The notes beneath the pieces were generated by a model. The model did not search any database. It saw only the letters and a program-made list of their open reading frames with translations, and had not been told where the DNA came from. From a bacterium (GTDB lineage Bacteria; Myxococcota_A; UBA9160; UBA6930): 64,000 nt of DNA. Below, piece by piece: positions 1 to 9,401 of this stretch. Each line of letters starts with the position of its first letter. Position 1 is the stretch's first letter. The stretch covers positions 756 to 64,755 of the forward strand of contig JAAELW010000085.1 of assembly GCA_024226235.1 (NCBI GenBank), given 5' to 3'. Position numbers and translations under genes: made by a program.

Positions 1-314
1 TCGGGAAGCGCGTATTCTTCGAAGCGGCAGACTTCGACCTCGACTGCCGGAAACGCTTTCAGTTGCTCGCTTGCGAGCGCGGCCAGCGCCGCTCCCGGTT
101 CGAGGCAGACCATCTGGTGGCCTCGCCGCGCGAAAGGAAGTGTCGCTTTGGCCGGCCCACAGCCGACCTCGAGGATCCGGCCTGGTTCGGAGAGGTCTGC
201 CAGTTGCAGCACGCGCTCCACCAGAGCCTGCGGGTAGCCCGGCCGGACCTCAGCGTAGAGCTCCGCCACATGATCAAATGTAGCGCCGCGCTGGCTCCGA
301 TCCCTGGGCTGCAT
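1..314 (-). CDS. class I SAM-dependent methyltransferase (5' part only, gene runs off the left edge)
   Basis: Absent from the ORF track because it is open at the edge. Manual translation from ATG at 314 gives MQPRDRSQRGATFDHVAELYAEVRPGYPQALVERVLQLADLSEPGRILEVGCGPAKATLPFARRGHQMVCLEPG, with AdoMet motif I (ILEVGCGPA). Confidence 0.6.
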   Translation of the reverse strand, partial: MQPRDRSQRGATFDHVAELYAEVRPGYPQALVERVLQLADLSEPGRILEVGCGPAKATLPFARRGHQMVCLEPGAALAALASEQLKAFPAVEVEVCRFEEYALP

Positions 315-367
315 CCGATCCCGTGGCTGCGTCCGATCCGTCTGTTCCACTCGGCTAGGATAGGCGG

Positions 368-1111
368 ATGGATGTGGCGGGGCGAACTGTCGTGATCACT
401 GGTGCGAGCAGGGGGCTTGGCGCGGGGCTGGCCGAGGCGATGCATGCCAAGGGGGTACGACTGGCGCTGTGCTCGCGCTCGGCGCCCATCCTTCAGGACG
501 GCCGGCACGTGCTGGCGGCCCAGCTGGACGTACGCGATGCCGCCGCCATCGGCCGCTTTGCAGGAGATGCCGCAGCGCGCTTCGGGCGCATCGACCTCTG
601 GATCAACAACGCCGGAGTTCTCGAACCCATTGCGCCGCTCCACGATGTCGACCTCGACCAGGCGCGCACACACGTGGAGATCAACCTGCTCGGTGTGCTG
701 GCCGGCAGTCAGGCCTTCGTACGGCACGTGCGGGGACGGGAAGGCGGCGGCGTGCTCGTCAACATTTCGTCGGGTGCGGCGCGCAAGCCCTATGCAGGCT
801 GGTCGGTCTACTGTGCCGCCAAGGCCGCGGTCGATCGCCTCACCGAGTGCATCGACCTCGAAGAGCGCGCTCATGGCCTGCGCGCGTTCTCGGTCGCACC
901 GGGCGTCGTCGATACCGAGATGCAAGCCTTGATCCGCAATACCCGCGAAGCCGACTTCCCCGATCTCCCGAGGTTCCTCGCAATGAAGCGCGATGGCCAC
1001 TTCAACACACCGACCTTCATCGCCGAGCGGCTTCTGGCGTTGGCCTTCGATGAGGCCAGCAACCGGAATGAAGTGCTGACGAGCCTGCCCAACGAATGGG
1101 AGGCCCGATGA
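368..1111 (+). CDS. short-chain dehydrogenase/reductase (SDR)
   Basis: 247 aa; VVITGASRGLG cofactor motif, NNAG, catalytic YCAAK. Confidence 0.9.
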   Translation: MDVAGRTVVITGASRGLGAGLAEAMHAKGVRLALCSRSAPILQDGRHVLAAQLDVRDAAAIGRFAGDAAARFGRIDLWINNAGVLEPIAPLHDVDLDQARTHVEINLLGVLAGSQAFVRHVRGREGGGVLVNISSGAARKPYAGWSVYCAAKAAVDRLTECIDLEERAHGLRAFSVAPGVVDTEMQALIRNTREADFPDLPRFLAMKRDGHFNTPTFIAERLLALAFDEASNRNEVLTSLPNEWEAR

Positions 1112-1160
1112 AGACCCACCGGATGACGCACAGGAACGTCCCCTCTGTTGCGGTTGGAGC

Positions 1161-1967
1161 TTGGGTGTCATCATGGGGGCTCGGGAGGACCACTTGGAAA
1201 CTCTGGTCGTCGACCGTACTGGCAATGGGATCGTGACCGTGACGCTGAATCGCCCGGAGAAGAAGAACGCCATCTCCATGCAGATGTGGGCGGAGCTCGG
1301 AGAGACGTTTCGGGAGGTCGCCGAGAGCAGGGACGACCGGGTGATGGTGCTGACGGGCGCCCCGGGTGCATTCTGTGCGGGTGCCGACCTGGCACCGGAC
1401 GGCGACGCAGAATGGCATCAGCTCGACCGCATGCAGTACTACGGATGGGTCGGGCTCGCGCTGCACGAAATTCCCAAGCCGGTGGTCGCCAAGGTGAACG
1501 GTGTCGCGGTGGGTGCCGGGCTGAACCTCGCGCTGGGCTGCGATCTGATCGTGGCCGGCGAGAGTGCGCGCTTCTCAGAGATCTTCGCACGGCGCGGCCT
1601 GGCCGTCGATCTGGGCGGTTCGTGGTTGCTTCCGCGGCTCGTCGGCCTGCACAAGGCCAAGGAGCTGGCACTGTTGGCAGAGATGCTCTCCGCGGAAGAG
1701 GCGGAGCGCATCGGCATCGTCAATCGGGTCGTGCCGGATGCGGAGCTCGACGCCTTCGTCGATGATTGGGCGACCCGGCTGGCCGAAGGCCCGCCGCTTG
1801 CCCTGCAGCTGACCAAGCGCATGCTCACCGGTGCCTTCAACGCGAGCCTGTCCGAAACCTTGCACGTGGAAGCGATGGCGCAGAGCGTGACGAGCACGTC
1901 GAAGGATACTCGCGAGGCAATGATCGCGTTCTTCGAGAAGCGCACGCCCGTATTCAAAGGCAAGTAG
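1161..1967 (+). CDS. enoyl-CoA hydratase/isomerase (crotonase family)
   Basis: 268 aa; VTLNRPEKKNAI, FCAGADL, GVAVGAG oxyanion-hole type motifs. Confidence 0.9.
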   Translation: MGVIMGAREDHLETLVVDRTGNGIVTVTLNRPEKKNAISMQMWAELGETFREVAESRDDRVMVLTGAPGAFCAGADLAPDGDAEWHQLDRMQYYGWVGLALHEIPKPVVAKVNGVAVGAGLNLALGCDLIVAGESARFSEIFARRGLAVDLGGSWLLPRLVGLHKAKELALLAEMLSAEEAERIGIVNRVVPDAELDAFVDDWATRLAEGPPLALQLTKRMLTGAFNASLSETLHVEAMAQSVTSTSKDTREAMIAFFEKRTPVFKGK

Positions 1968-1971
1968 CCGT

Positions 1972-2775
1972 TCAATCCCTCGTGGATTGCCGCCCGATGA
2001 GCCCACCGACCGAACGCACGAGCCAACGCGGGTAGAGCTGAACTGCGCTCGCCAGCAACCGATTGGGGAGCCCCGGCACGACGACGGCCCTGCCCTCCAT
2101 GCAGGCTTCATAGCCCTCGCGGGCCACGTCGCCCACCTCGGACAGGAAGAACCCCGGAATCATCGGGACCATCCCATGGTTGTCCAGGGAGCGTTCGTAC
2201 ATCGCGGTCTTCGTGATACCTGGGCAGAGTGCCGTCACCGTCACCCCACTTTCCTTCAACTCCTCGGAAAGCGACTCGGAGAGCGAGAGAACGAACGCCT
2301 TGCTGGCCGCGTAGAGAGCCATCGAGGGCACCGGCTGAAACGACGAGGTCGAAGCGACGTTGAGAATACGGCCGCTGTCGCGCCGAAGCATGCCGGGCAG
2401 CAGCAGCCGGGTCAGCGACGTCAGCACGACGACGTTCAGCTGCATCAAGCGCTCGTGCGATTCGATGTCGATCTCCGCAAAGTCGCCGAGTTCCATCAAC
2501 CCGGCGTTATTCACGAGCACGTCGACCGGTAGCCCCTCATCGTCCAGTTGCTCGACCAGGTTGGCCGGTGCGTTGGGCGCGAGCAGGTCCATCGGCAGCA
2601 CGTGGACGTGGGCGGCGTACTCCTTCTGGCACCGCTCGGCGAGCGCCTCGAGCTCCGCCTGTCGCCGTGCAACGACGATCAGATCGAATCCATTCCTGGC
2701 GAATACGTGGGCCAGCTCCAAGCCGATGCCGGCAGAGGCACCGGTAATCAGAGCGGATCCCTGAGCTCGCGACAT
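1972..2775 (-). CDS. short-chain dehydrogenase/reductase (SDR)
   Basis: 267 aa; ALITGASAGIG, NNAG, YAASKAF. Confidence 0.9.
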   Translation of the reverse strand: MSRAQGSALITGASAGIGLELAHVFARNGFDLIVVARRQAELEALAERCQKEYAAHVHVLPMDLLAPNAPANLVEQLDDEGLPVDVLVNNAGLMELGDFAEIDIESHERLMQLNVVVLTSLTRLLLPGMLRRDSGRILNVASTSSFQPVPSMALYAASKAFVLSLSESLSEELKESGVTVTALCPGITKTAMYERSLDNHGMVPMIPGFFLSEVGDVAREGYEACMEGRAVVVPGLPNRLLASAVQLYPRWLVRSVGGLIGRQSTRD

Positions 2776-2856
2776 GGCCAGACCTCGGATAGCGACGCGA
2801 CCAGTCTACCTCATCGAACAGGTCCCATGGCCCAGCCTCGCGTGGGCCCCGCCAGT

Positions 2857-2904
2857 TCGACCTCTATCGGTATCGACCTCTATCGGTATCGACCTCTATC
2901 GGTT
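2857..2904. repeat. 3 x 16-bp direct tandem repeat (TCGACCTCTATCGGTA, third copy ends in T)
   Basis: Read directly; lies in the divergent intergenic region between the SDR (minus) and the dehydrogenase (plus), ending 39 nt before ATG 2943. Confidence 0.9.
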
Positions 2905-2942
2905 TGGACCGCTACCGTTTCGGAACCAAAGAGGGAAACGAC

Positions 2943-3806
2943 ATGCGGGTACGCGTCGGCTACATCGGCCTTGGGGACATGGGAAAACCGATGGCGTCCC
3001 ATCTCGCTCCGGCGGGGTTCGAGACGACCGTTTGTGACCTCGATGAATCGAAGGTCCGGGAGCTGGTCGCCGGCGGCGCGAGAGCCGCGGCGGACCCCCG
3101 GGAAGCGGGCAAACACTCCGACGTGCTCTGCATCTGTGTTCCCACCGATGCACATGTGCGAACGGTACTCACCGGACCAGAAGGCGCGCTAGGCGGCATC
3201 CGGCCCGGCTCACTGATCGCGATCCACAGCACTGTTCTTCCCGAGACGATCGAAGAAATGGCGGCTGCCGCTGAACAGAAGAGCTGCACGCTGATCGATG
3301 CATGCGTGACGGGCGGCGCACATGCAGCCGCCGCAGCCGAGCTCACATTCCTGGTCGGCGGCGACGAAGCCTCCATCGAAAAGGTCCGGCCCGTGCTCGA
3401 TGCCAGTTCCAAGGCCATCGTACACGCCGGCCCACTCGGAAGCGGGGCCAAGCTCAAGCTCGCGGTCAATACGCTCACCTACATCCAGTGGGCCGCCGCT
3501 CGCGAGTCCTTCTTGTTGGCTCGGGCCGCCGGACTCGATCCGGACATCTTCATCGAAGCCGTGCGCTCGAATGGTCAGCTCACGGACTTGCAGCTTCGCT
3601 TTCTCGCACTGCACAGGATGCCTGACGAAGCCGCTTCGAGTGAGAAGTTCCAGGCTTTCAGCCGGCTACAGATGCATACCGCCGAAAAGGATCTCGCCCA
3701 CGCGCTGGCGCTGGCACACGAACACGGGTTGTCGATGCCGACCGCAGAGCTCGTCTCACAGGGCATGGCGCGAATATACCGAGTGAAGGATGAGGTCGAA
3801 CGTTAG
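2943..3806 (+). CDS. NAD(P)-dependent beta-hydroxyacid dehydrogenase (3-hydroxyisobutyrate / 6-phosphogluconate dehydrogenase-like)
   Basis: MRVRVGYIGLGDMGKPMA Rossmann start, GSGAKLKLAVN motif. Internal ATG at 2943 preferred (GAGGGAAA Shine-Dalgarno) over track start 2904, which lies in the repeat. Confidence 0.85.
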   Translation: MRVRVGYIGLGDMGKPMASHLAPAGFETTVCDLDESKVRELVAGGARAAADPREAGKHSDVLCICVPTDAHVRTVLTGPEGALGGIRPGSLIAIHSTVLPETIEEMAAAAEQKSCTLIDACVTGGAHAAAAAELTFLVGGDEASIEKVRPVLDASSKAIVHAGPLGSGAKLKLAVNTLTYIQWAAARESFLLARAAGLDPDIFIEAVRSNGQLTDLQLRFLALHRMPDEAASSEKFQAFSRLQMHTAEKDLAHALALAHEHGLSMPTAELVSQGMARIYRVKDEVER

Positions 3807-5101
3807 GCCCTGAGCATCCGACGCTGCTCGAAGGCGAAATCGGCACCACGGCTGATGCGCGCGAGTAGGAGTTCCGGTGGCTCGCCCCGGGGCTCCGACG
3901 CGGGATCGATGATCACATCCCAGGCCATGCTTGCCTGTTTGGGGCCTACCACCGGATGGCAGCGCGCTCGGGGATTCACCACGCCTGCGATTGCATCCAG
4001 GGCCGGATGGGGCTCGGGTCCAAGCCCCGCAAACCAGCAATACGGGTCTCCCTCCTGGAGGGCCGGACAATCACCGATTCGAAGCCGTGCTGATGCGGCT
4101 CCGGTCACTTCGACGTGGAAGTCGAGGTAGCTCCGCGGGTGGAAGTGCGGGTGCAGTTGAAAGACCTTCGCAATCGCGTCGATGCCGTCGCCGACGATTC
4201 CCATCTCGTGTCGAACCCGATGCGCGGCCAGCGCCGCCGCGCCGATCCATTGTCGGCGGCCCAGCGTGGCGGCGAGTTCGTCGCCCTTGCGCCCCGCCAC
4301 GTTCAGCATCAGGGCTCGCGCGAGCAGATGCGCCTGAACGCATGCCTCCTGGCAGACCGCGAGCAGGGCCCGATGCCCCAGATCCTCCAACTGGAACCCC
4401 GGATCGAACGGCCCCGAGTAGTCGTCCCAACCACCCGGCTCACCACCCGATTCGGGCAGCTGGATCGGGATGTTCGCGAGCTTCGTCGCCCGCATTGCGG
4501 GCAGGTTCGGGTGCTGCTCGTATGGCAGAGCCTCCTCTTCGATGAACACGGACCAACGGCAATGCGGGTAGCGCCCGGCGGGGCTTCGCGGCGGTCGATG
4601 AATCGGGCGGATCTTCATCCGTGGGTTCGTCGCAGCCGCGGTCGCATCGAAGGTCGGATCCTCGATGTCGTGACACATCTGCTTCACCAGTTTCTCACCG
4701 AACGGTTCGACATCCATCAACGCACCGCAATGCGCAAGCCAGAATTCGCCGTACTCCGAGCCGTCGAGGCGAAACTGGAAATCCATGAACTGGGGCGGTG
4801 CACCGATATCGAGCTGGAGGTTCTTGAATACCGTGCCTACGTCGCTCCCCTCGAAACCGAGCGCAGTCTGCATGCGCCGGGAGTAGATCGGACTGGCTCC
4901 CATCCATTCATCGATCGAAAGCTGGAGCTGGGCGTCCGGGCCGAGTAGCTGCATGGCCAACGGCAATCCGACCCGATCCTGCAGATGTCCGGCGAGCAGG
5001 TACTCCCGGCCGAGATGGCAGAGCGCCTGGCGAGAGAAATCCGCGAGTGTGACGTCCGGGTCGAAGGCCCCGGAGTAGTCCAGGAGCAGGCGCGGGGCCA
5101 A
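3803..5101 (-). CDS. hypothetical protein made of two homologous ~200-aa halves
   Basis: 432 aa; DYSGAFDPDVTLADF...NPRMKIRPI aligns with DYSGPFDPGFQLEDL...NPRARCHPV; no family recognised. Confidence 0.7.
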   Translation of the reverse strand: MAPRLLLDYSGAFDPDVTLADFSRQALCHLGREYLLAGHLQDRVGLPLAMQLLGPDAQLQLSIDEWMGASPIYSRRMQTALGFEGSDVGTVFKNLQLDIGAPPQFMDFQFRLDGSEYGEFWLAHCGALMDVEPFGEKLVKQMCHDIEDPTFDATAAATNPRMKIRPIHRPPRSPAGRYPHCRWSVFIEEEALPYEQHPNLPAMRATKLANIPIQLPESGGEPGGWDDYSGPFDPGFQLEDLGHRALLAVCQEACVQAHLLARALMLNVAGRKGDELAATLGRRQWIGAAALAAHRVRHEMGIVGDGIDAIAKVFQLHPHFHPRSYLDFHVEVTGAASARLRIGDCPALQEGDPYCWFAGLGPEPHPALDAIAGVVNPRARCHPVVGPKQASMAWDVIIDPASEPRGEPPELLLARISRGADFAFEQRRMLRA

Positions 5102-5104
5102 CGA

Positions 5105-5665
5105 TCAGGCCTCGCGATCCACGAGGGTCGAGAACCAGTCGAACTCATTGCGCCGGATCCATCCGGGCATCTTCGAGGCCTTCTTCATCCGCTCCAGCAT
5201 CGCGGGCGGGAGTTGGCCGTTCTTCGCCATCGCGCCGAATACGGTGCCTGCATTGATGTGGTCGAAGAAGTCCCGCTGCCAGCTCCATTGAAAGTCGCCC
5301 GCATAACGAAACCAGGAGCCGCCAGTGCCCTGGATCTCATAGGGGACGCCCTCCGGATCTTCGATCGGTGCAATCTGCCGCCAGATCCCGATGAACTCGC
5401 CTTTCCGGTCATCGATCAGGGTACGAACATAGGGATAGGTCCAATGCTCCAGACCTTCCATCTCGGTCCCGAACACCCAGTCGTGGATCTGCTCGCGACC
5501 CCGAGCGACGAACTCCCAATTCGGTCCATTGTTCCAGCTGTAGATCGCATCGTCCGCATAGAATCCGGACATCTTCGACCAGTCACCGGTCCGACCGGCC
5601 TGATCGTTGGCGGCCACCCAGCGGCGCACCATCTCTTCGATCTCTTCGCGCGGAAATGCGGGCAT
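5105..5665 (-). CDS. SnoaL-like / NTF2-fold protein
   Basis: 186 aa; N-terminal EEIEEMVRRWVAANDQ...DW..M.GFYADDAIY pattern typical of NTF2-like proteins; 3 nt from the downstream gene. Confidence 0.6.
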   Translation of the reverse strand: MPAFPREEIEEMVRRWVAANDQAGRTGDWSKMSGFYADDAIYSWNNGPNWEFVARGREQIHDWVFGTEMEGLEHWTYPYVRTLIDDRKGEFIGIWRQIAPIEDPEGVPYEIQGTGGSWFRYAGDFQWSWQRDFFDHINAGTVFGAMAKNGQLPPAMLERMKKASKMPGWIRRNEFDWFSTLVDREA

Positions 5666-5681
5666 GGGGAAACCTCGATAC

Positions 5682-7148
5682 TCAACGAGTGGGGAGCGCG
5701 ATGACTTTCGTTTCGAGGTGTTCCTCGAAACCCATCACACCATTCTCGCGGCCGAGGCCGCTCTGGCCGTAGCCACCGAAGGGCGTGCTGACGTGAAACC
5801 ACATTCCGCCGTTGACGGAAATCGTGCCGGTCCTGATGCGGCGCGCCACGGCCAGCGCCCGTTCGTCGTCACCTGAATAGACGGCGCCAGAGAGGCCATA
5901 GATCGAATCGTTGGCAATGCGAACCGCTTCGTCCTCGTCGTCGTAGGGGAGGACACAGCAGACCGGCCCGAAGATCTCCTGCCGGGCGATGGTCATCGCA
6001 GGCTCGACATCGACGAACAGGGTCGGCTCGACGAAGAAACCCTTCCGATCGGGTCTGCCACCTCCGACCAGGCAGCGGGCGCCTTCTTGCCTGCCTTGCT
6101 CGATGTAGCCGAGCACGCGCTCCTGCTGGCGCTTCGAAATCTGGGGACCCTGCAGGTTGGACGGATCGGTCGGATCGCCCCAGTTCCAGGCTTCGAATGC
6201 GGCCTTGATGATCTCGACCGCCTCTTCGTACCGGGAACGCGGCACGAGCCAACGGGTCGTGAGCGCACAGCCCTGCCCGCCATGAATGCATGTCATCGCG
6301 GCTCCGGGCAGGACGGCCTCGAGCTTCGCATCGTCCAACACGATCGAAGCGCTCTTGCCCCCGAGTTCGAGGAAGGCCTTCTTCACAGTGGCCGACGCGT
6401 TCTCCATCACCCGGCGCCCCGTCGCGGTCGAGCCGGTGAAGGTGACCAGATCGACACGCGGGTCGCCGGAGAGCACCTCGCCGGTGAGATGATCGGAGGA
6501 CGCGACGATGTTGACCACGCCCGGCGGAAGATCGGTCTTCTCGGCGATGATCTTCCCGATATGGGTCGCACTCCAAGGCGTATCGGGTGCGGGCTTCAGC
6601 ACGAGGCTGCAACCCGCTGCCAGCGACGGTCCGATCTTTGCGATGTTCAGATAGAGCGGGACGTTCCACGGGGTGATCGCACCCACGACCCCGATCGGCT
6701 CTCGGCGCAATCGGCGGCGGCTCTCTCGGCCCCCAAAAGGAATGGTCGCCATTTCCGTCTCGTACTCGTACGCCTCCGCCAGCTCCGCCCAGTACGCCAT
6801 CATTTCGATCGGCTCGTCCACGTGCATGAAGCCTGTCGCCGAAACGCAGGCGCCGGCCTCGTTCACGACGATCGAACGAAGCTGCTCTTTCTCCTCGACC
6901 AGTCCCTGATGGAGCTGCCGAAGACATCTGGCCCGAAAGGCCGCGTCCGTAGCCCAGTCGGTTTCGTCGAATGCGCGACGAGCGGCGGCCAATGCAGCCT
7001 GCATGTCGTCCCGGGTGCCATCGGGAGCGTTCCCGATCACGTCCTCGGTGGCAGGATTCAGATTCTCGAATCGTTTGCCATTCGAGGCCTCGACCCGCTC
7101 GCCGTCGATCAGGTTGCGGGTTTCGGGAGCAAGCGCTTCGAGTGCCAT
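5682..7148 (-). CDS. NAD(P)-dependent aldehyde dehydrogenase
   Basis: FLELGGKSA and GGQGCALTTR catalytic Glu/Cys motifs. Start moved to ATG 7148 (MALEALAPETRNLIDGE), 2 nt after the upstream SDR stop; the 613-aa track ORF is an over-extension. Confidence 0.9.
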   Translation of the reverse strand: MALEALAPETRNLIDGERVEASNGKRFENLNPATEDVIGNAPDGTRDDMQAALAAARRAFDETDWATDAAFRARCLRQLHQGLVEEKEQLRSIVVNEAGACVSATGFMHVDEPIEMMAYWAELAEAYEYETEMATIPFGGRESRRRLRREPIGVVGAITPWNVPLYLNIAKIGPSLAAGCSLVLKPAPDTPWSATHIGKIIAEKTDLPPGVVNIVASSDHLTGEVLSGDPRVDLVTFTGSTATGRRVMENASATVKKAFLELGGKSASIVLDDAKLEAVLPGAAMTCIHGGQGCALTTRWLVPRSRYEEAVEIIKAAFEAWNWGDPTDPSNLQGPQISKRQQERVLGYIEQGRQEGARCLVGGGRPDRKGFFVEPTLFVDVEPAMTIARQEIFGPVCCVLPYDDEDEAVRIANDSIYGLSGAVYSGDDERALAVARRIRTGTISVNGGMWFHVSTPFGGYGQSGLGRENGVMGFEEHLETKVIALPTR

Positions 7149-7150
7149 GG

Positions 7151-7909
7151 CTAGGCCCTGACGATCTGGCCGCCGTCGACGGCCAGGATCTGCCCGGTGA
7201 TCCAGGCTGCCGCGTCGGATAGCAGGAAGAGGCACGCGGAAGCCATGTCCCCTGGCTGGCCGAGTCTCGGCAATGCCAGCGAGGAAACCAACTGCTCCTT
7301 GAACGCCTCGGGAACCTGCTTCTGGAGCGCTGCCGTATCCGTCGGCCCCGGCGCAATCGCGTTCACGCGAATCCCCGCATGGCCCAGCTCCTTCGAGAGA
7401 CAGTGGGTCAGGCCGTTCATCCCGAACTTGGCGAGACCGTAATACCCGGCGCCCATCCAGGCGGCCGTCGATGACTGGTTGACGATGGATCCGCCTCCGC
7501 GCTCCTTCATGCTCCGATGGCATGCCCGCGTGCAGAGCAACGCACCGTCCATGTTCACGCCCATGAACTTCTTGTAGTAATCGAAATCGACGTTCAACAA
7601 AGATGCGAGTTCCATGTCTCCGAAGATGGCCGCGTTGTTGACGAGAAAGTCGATCCCGCCGAATTCGTGTACGACGCTCTCAGCCATCGCCTGGGTCGAG
7701 GCTTCGCTGCCTACGTCGACCTCCACGAAGATGGCGGCTCCGCCCGAGGAACGGATCTCCTCGGCAACGCGCTCCCCGTTCTGTTTCGCTATCTCGGCAA
7801 TCGCAACGCTCGCGCCCTCAGCAGCCAGCGCCTTCGCATAGCCCTCGCCGATCCCACCGCCAGCGCCGGTGACGATCGCAACCTTGCCCTCGATGCCCGG
7901 AAAGCTCAT
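7151..7909 (-). CDS. short-chain dehydrogenase/reductase (SDR, 3-oxoacyl-ACP reductase-like)
   Basis: MSFPGIEGKVAIVTGAGGGIG, NNAA, YGLAK; internal start 7909 chosen. Confidence 0.9.
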   Translation of the reverse strand: MSFPGIEGKVAIVTGAGGGIGEGYAKALAAEGASVAIAEIAKQNGERVAEEIRSSGGAAIFVEVDVGSEASTQAMAESVVHEFGGIDFLVNNAAIFGDMELASLLNVDFDYYKKFMGVNMDGALLCTRACHRSMKERGGGSIVNQSSTAAWMGAGYYGLAKFGMNGLTHCLSKELGHAGIRVNAIAPGPTDTAALQKQVPEAFKEQLVSSLALPRLGQPGDMASACLFLLSDAAAWITGQILAVDGGQIVRA

Positions 7910-7990
7910 GGGGTCTCCTCGACGATGAACCGCGACGATATGTGGCTTCCATCGCGATTGCAAAGAACCCCTCTCCCGGGAATCCGCTCC

Positions 7991-8482
7991 TCAGCCCACC
8001 TCAAGGCAGTGGTCGACCATCCGGTCGCCGTCGAAGATGAAGCGCCCGGCGAATGGCGTCCCGGCGAGAAGAAGTGGAAGCCAGATTTCGTCGTCTTCCC
8101 ACATCTCGTCGTAGGGGATCTCTGCCTGATCGAACCAGAGCGGTATGGCCTCGTCGGTTTCGGTGGGTTCGCCCACGTAGGCATCAGCCCGGAAGACATG
8201 GACGTGGATCGCGTAGCCGTCCAGGAACTGGAAGCGTCCCTCCCCGACCTTGAGCAGCTCCAGCGGAGTGATCAGGAGTTCTTCCTGGACCTCGCGCACG
8301 GCACATTGCTGGGGTGTCTCCCCCGGTTCGAGGCGCCCGCCCGGCCCATTGATCTTGCCAGCACCGAGGCCTCGTTTCTTGCGGATCAACAGCACTCGGC
8401 CTTCGGTCGCGACGAATACCAGTGTCGCGATGTCTGCGGCGACCCAGCTCGACCAGTCGATCTCGTCGGTGCGTTCCCACAC
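7991..8482 (-). CDS. NUDIX hydrolase
   Basis: 163 aa; Nudix box GPGGRLEPGETPQQCAVREVQEELLI. Confidence 0.85.
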   Translation of the reverse strand: MWERTDEIDWSSWVAADIATLVFVATEGRVLLIRKKRGLGAGKINGPGGRLEPGETPQQCAVREVQEELLITPLELLKVGEGRFQFLDGYAIHVHVFRADAYVGEPTETDEAIPLWFDQAEIPYDEMWEDDEIWLPLLLAGTPFAGRFIFDGDRMVDHCLEVG

Positions 8483-8489
8483 GGCTGGA

Positions 8490-9362
8490 TCAACGGCTCT
8501 TCGAAATCACTTTGTCACCGAAAGCCTCGATTGCATCGATCTTGTGTTGCAACGGCGTCCGGTCTTCCTCGTAGGCATTGCGGAAACCTACGATTGCGTC
8601 GGTCACCCCCTTGTCTTCGAGGCGCTTGATCCCATCCAGGGTGTAGGCATCCATCGAGATCACATGGATTTCAAAGGGCTCCCGTTCTCGACCATGCTCC
8701 AGACGCAGCTCCTGGATCCGCGCAATCGCGGCATCGAGACCGGAAGCCTCGCCACCGCCCGCGTGCATCCAACCATCTCCGCGAAGTGCTGCCCGCCTGA
8801 GCGCCGGATCCGCGTGCCCCCCGATCAGGATCGGAATCGGCTTCGTCGGCCCGGGGCATAGCTTGATCGGCTCGAACTCGAAATGTTCGCCATGGAATTC
8901 GAAGAAGTCGCCGGTCTGCAGCCCACGGAGAATGTCGATCGCTTCATCGAGGCGCTTGCCTCTACCCTTCCACGGAACGTCGAGAACACGGAAGTCATCG
9001 GGCCAGGGCGACAGGCCTACACCCAGACCGAGCCTGTTCTGTGTCAGGGTGGCGACCGAGATCGCCTGCTTGGCAGCCAGGACCGGATGCCGAATCGGCA
9101 GCTTCACGACGAAGGTGGTGAAGCGAAGGCGCTCCGTCACCGCACCGAGTGCCCCCATCAGCACGAACGGATCGATGAAGGGCTTGTCTTCGAGAAAGCT
9201 TCGATCGCCGTCCGGCGTGTAGGGGTACTTCGAATCCGATTCCTTCGGATAGAAGATGCTCTCGGGGACACAGAACGAATGGAAGCCGGCCGCTTCCGCG
9301 GCAACGGCGAGGCGAGCGTATTGGAGGGGATCGCACATCGACTCTGCGAACGTGAATTGCAA
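8490..9362 (-). CDS. luciferase-like monooxygenase family (LLM class, F420-dependent-type) oxidoreductase
   Basis: 290 aa; overall LLM pattern (AAGFHSFCVPES..., RLRFTTFVVKLPIRHP, GRGKRLDEAIDILRGL). Confidence 0.75.
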   Translation of the reverse strand: MQFTFAESMCDPLQYARLAVAAEAAGFHSFCVPESIFYPKESDSKYPYTPDGDRSFLEDKPFIDPFVLMGALGAVTERLRFTTFVVKLPIRHPVLAAKQAISVATLTQNRLGLGVGLSPWPDDFRVLDVPWKGRGKRLDEAIDILRGLQTGDFFEFHGEHFEFEPIKLCPGPTKPIPILIGGHADPALRRAALRGDGWMHAGGGEASGLDAAIARIQELRLEHGREREPFEIHVISMDAYTLDGIKRLEDKGVTDAIVGFRNAYEEDRTPLQHKIDAIEAFGDKVISKSR

Positions 9363-9401
9363 GGAACGGCTCCCTTCGAGGAGTGGTGGGGGGGGAGGGC
9401 C

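Noticed and set aside
59-1279. 406-aa minus-strand ORF covering the first SDR gene
   Set aside because: It is antisense to a clearly recognisable SDR and has Arg/Ala/Pro/Gly-rich low-complexity composition, so it is a typical high-GC shadow ORF. The real minus-strand gene here is the edge-truncated methyltransferase in another frame (1..314).
5682-7523. Long N-terminal extensions in track ORFs (613-aa ALDH, 343-aa kinase-like, 835-aa TPR-like, 171-aa FlgB, 308-aa WbqC, 436-aa PseI and others)
   Set aside because: The extensions overlap the upstream gene. Internal starts that abut or overlap the upstream stop (ATGA/GTGA/TGATG) and carry an SD give proteins of normal family length.
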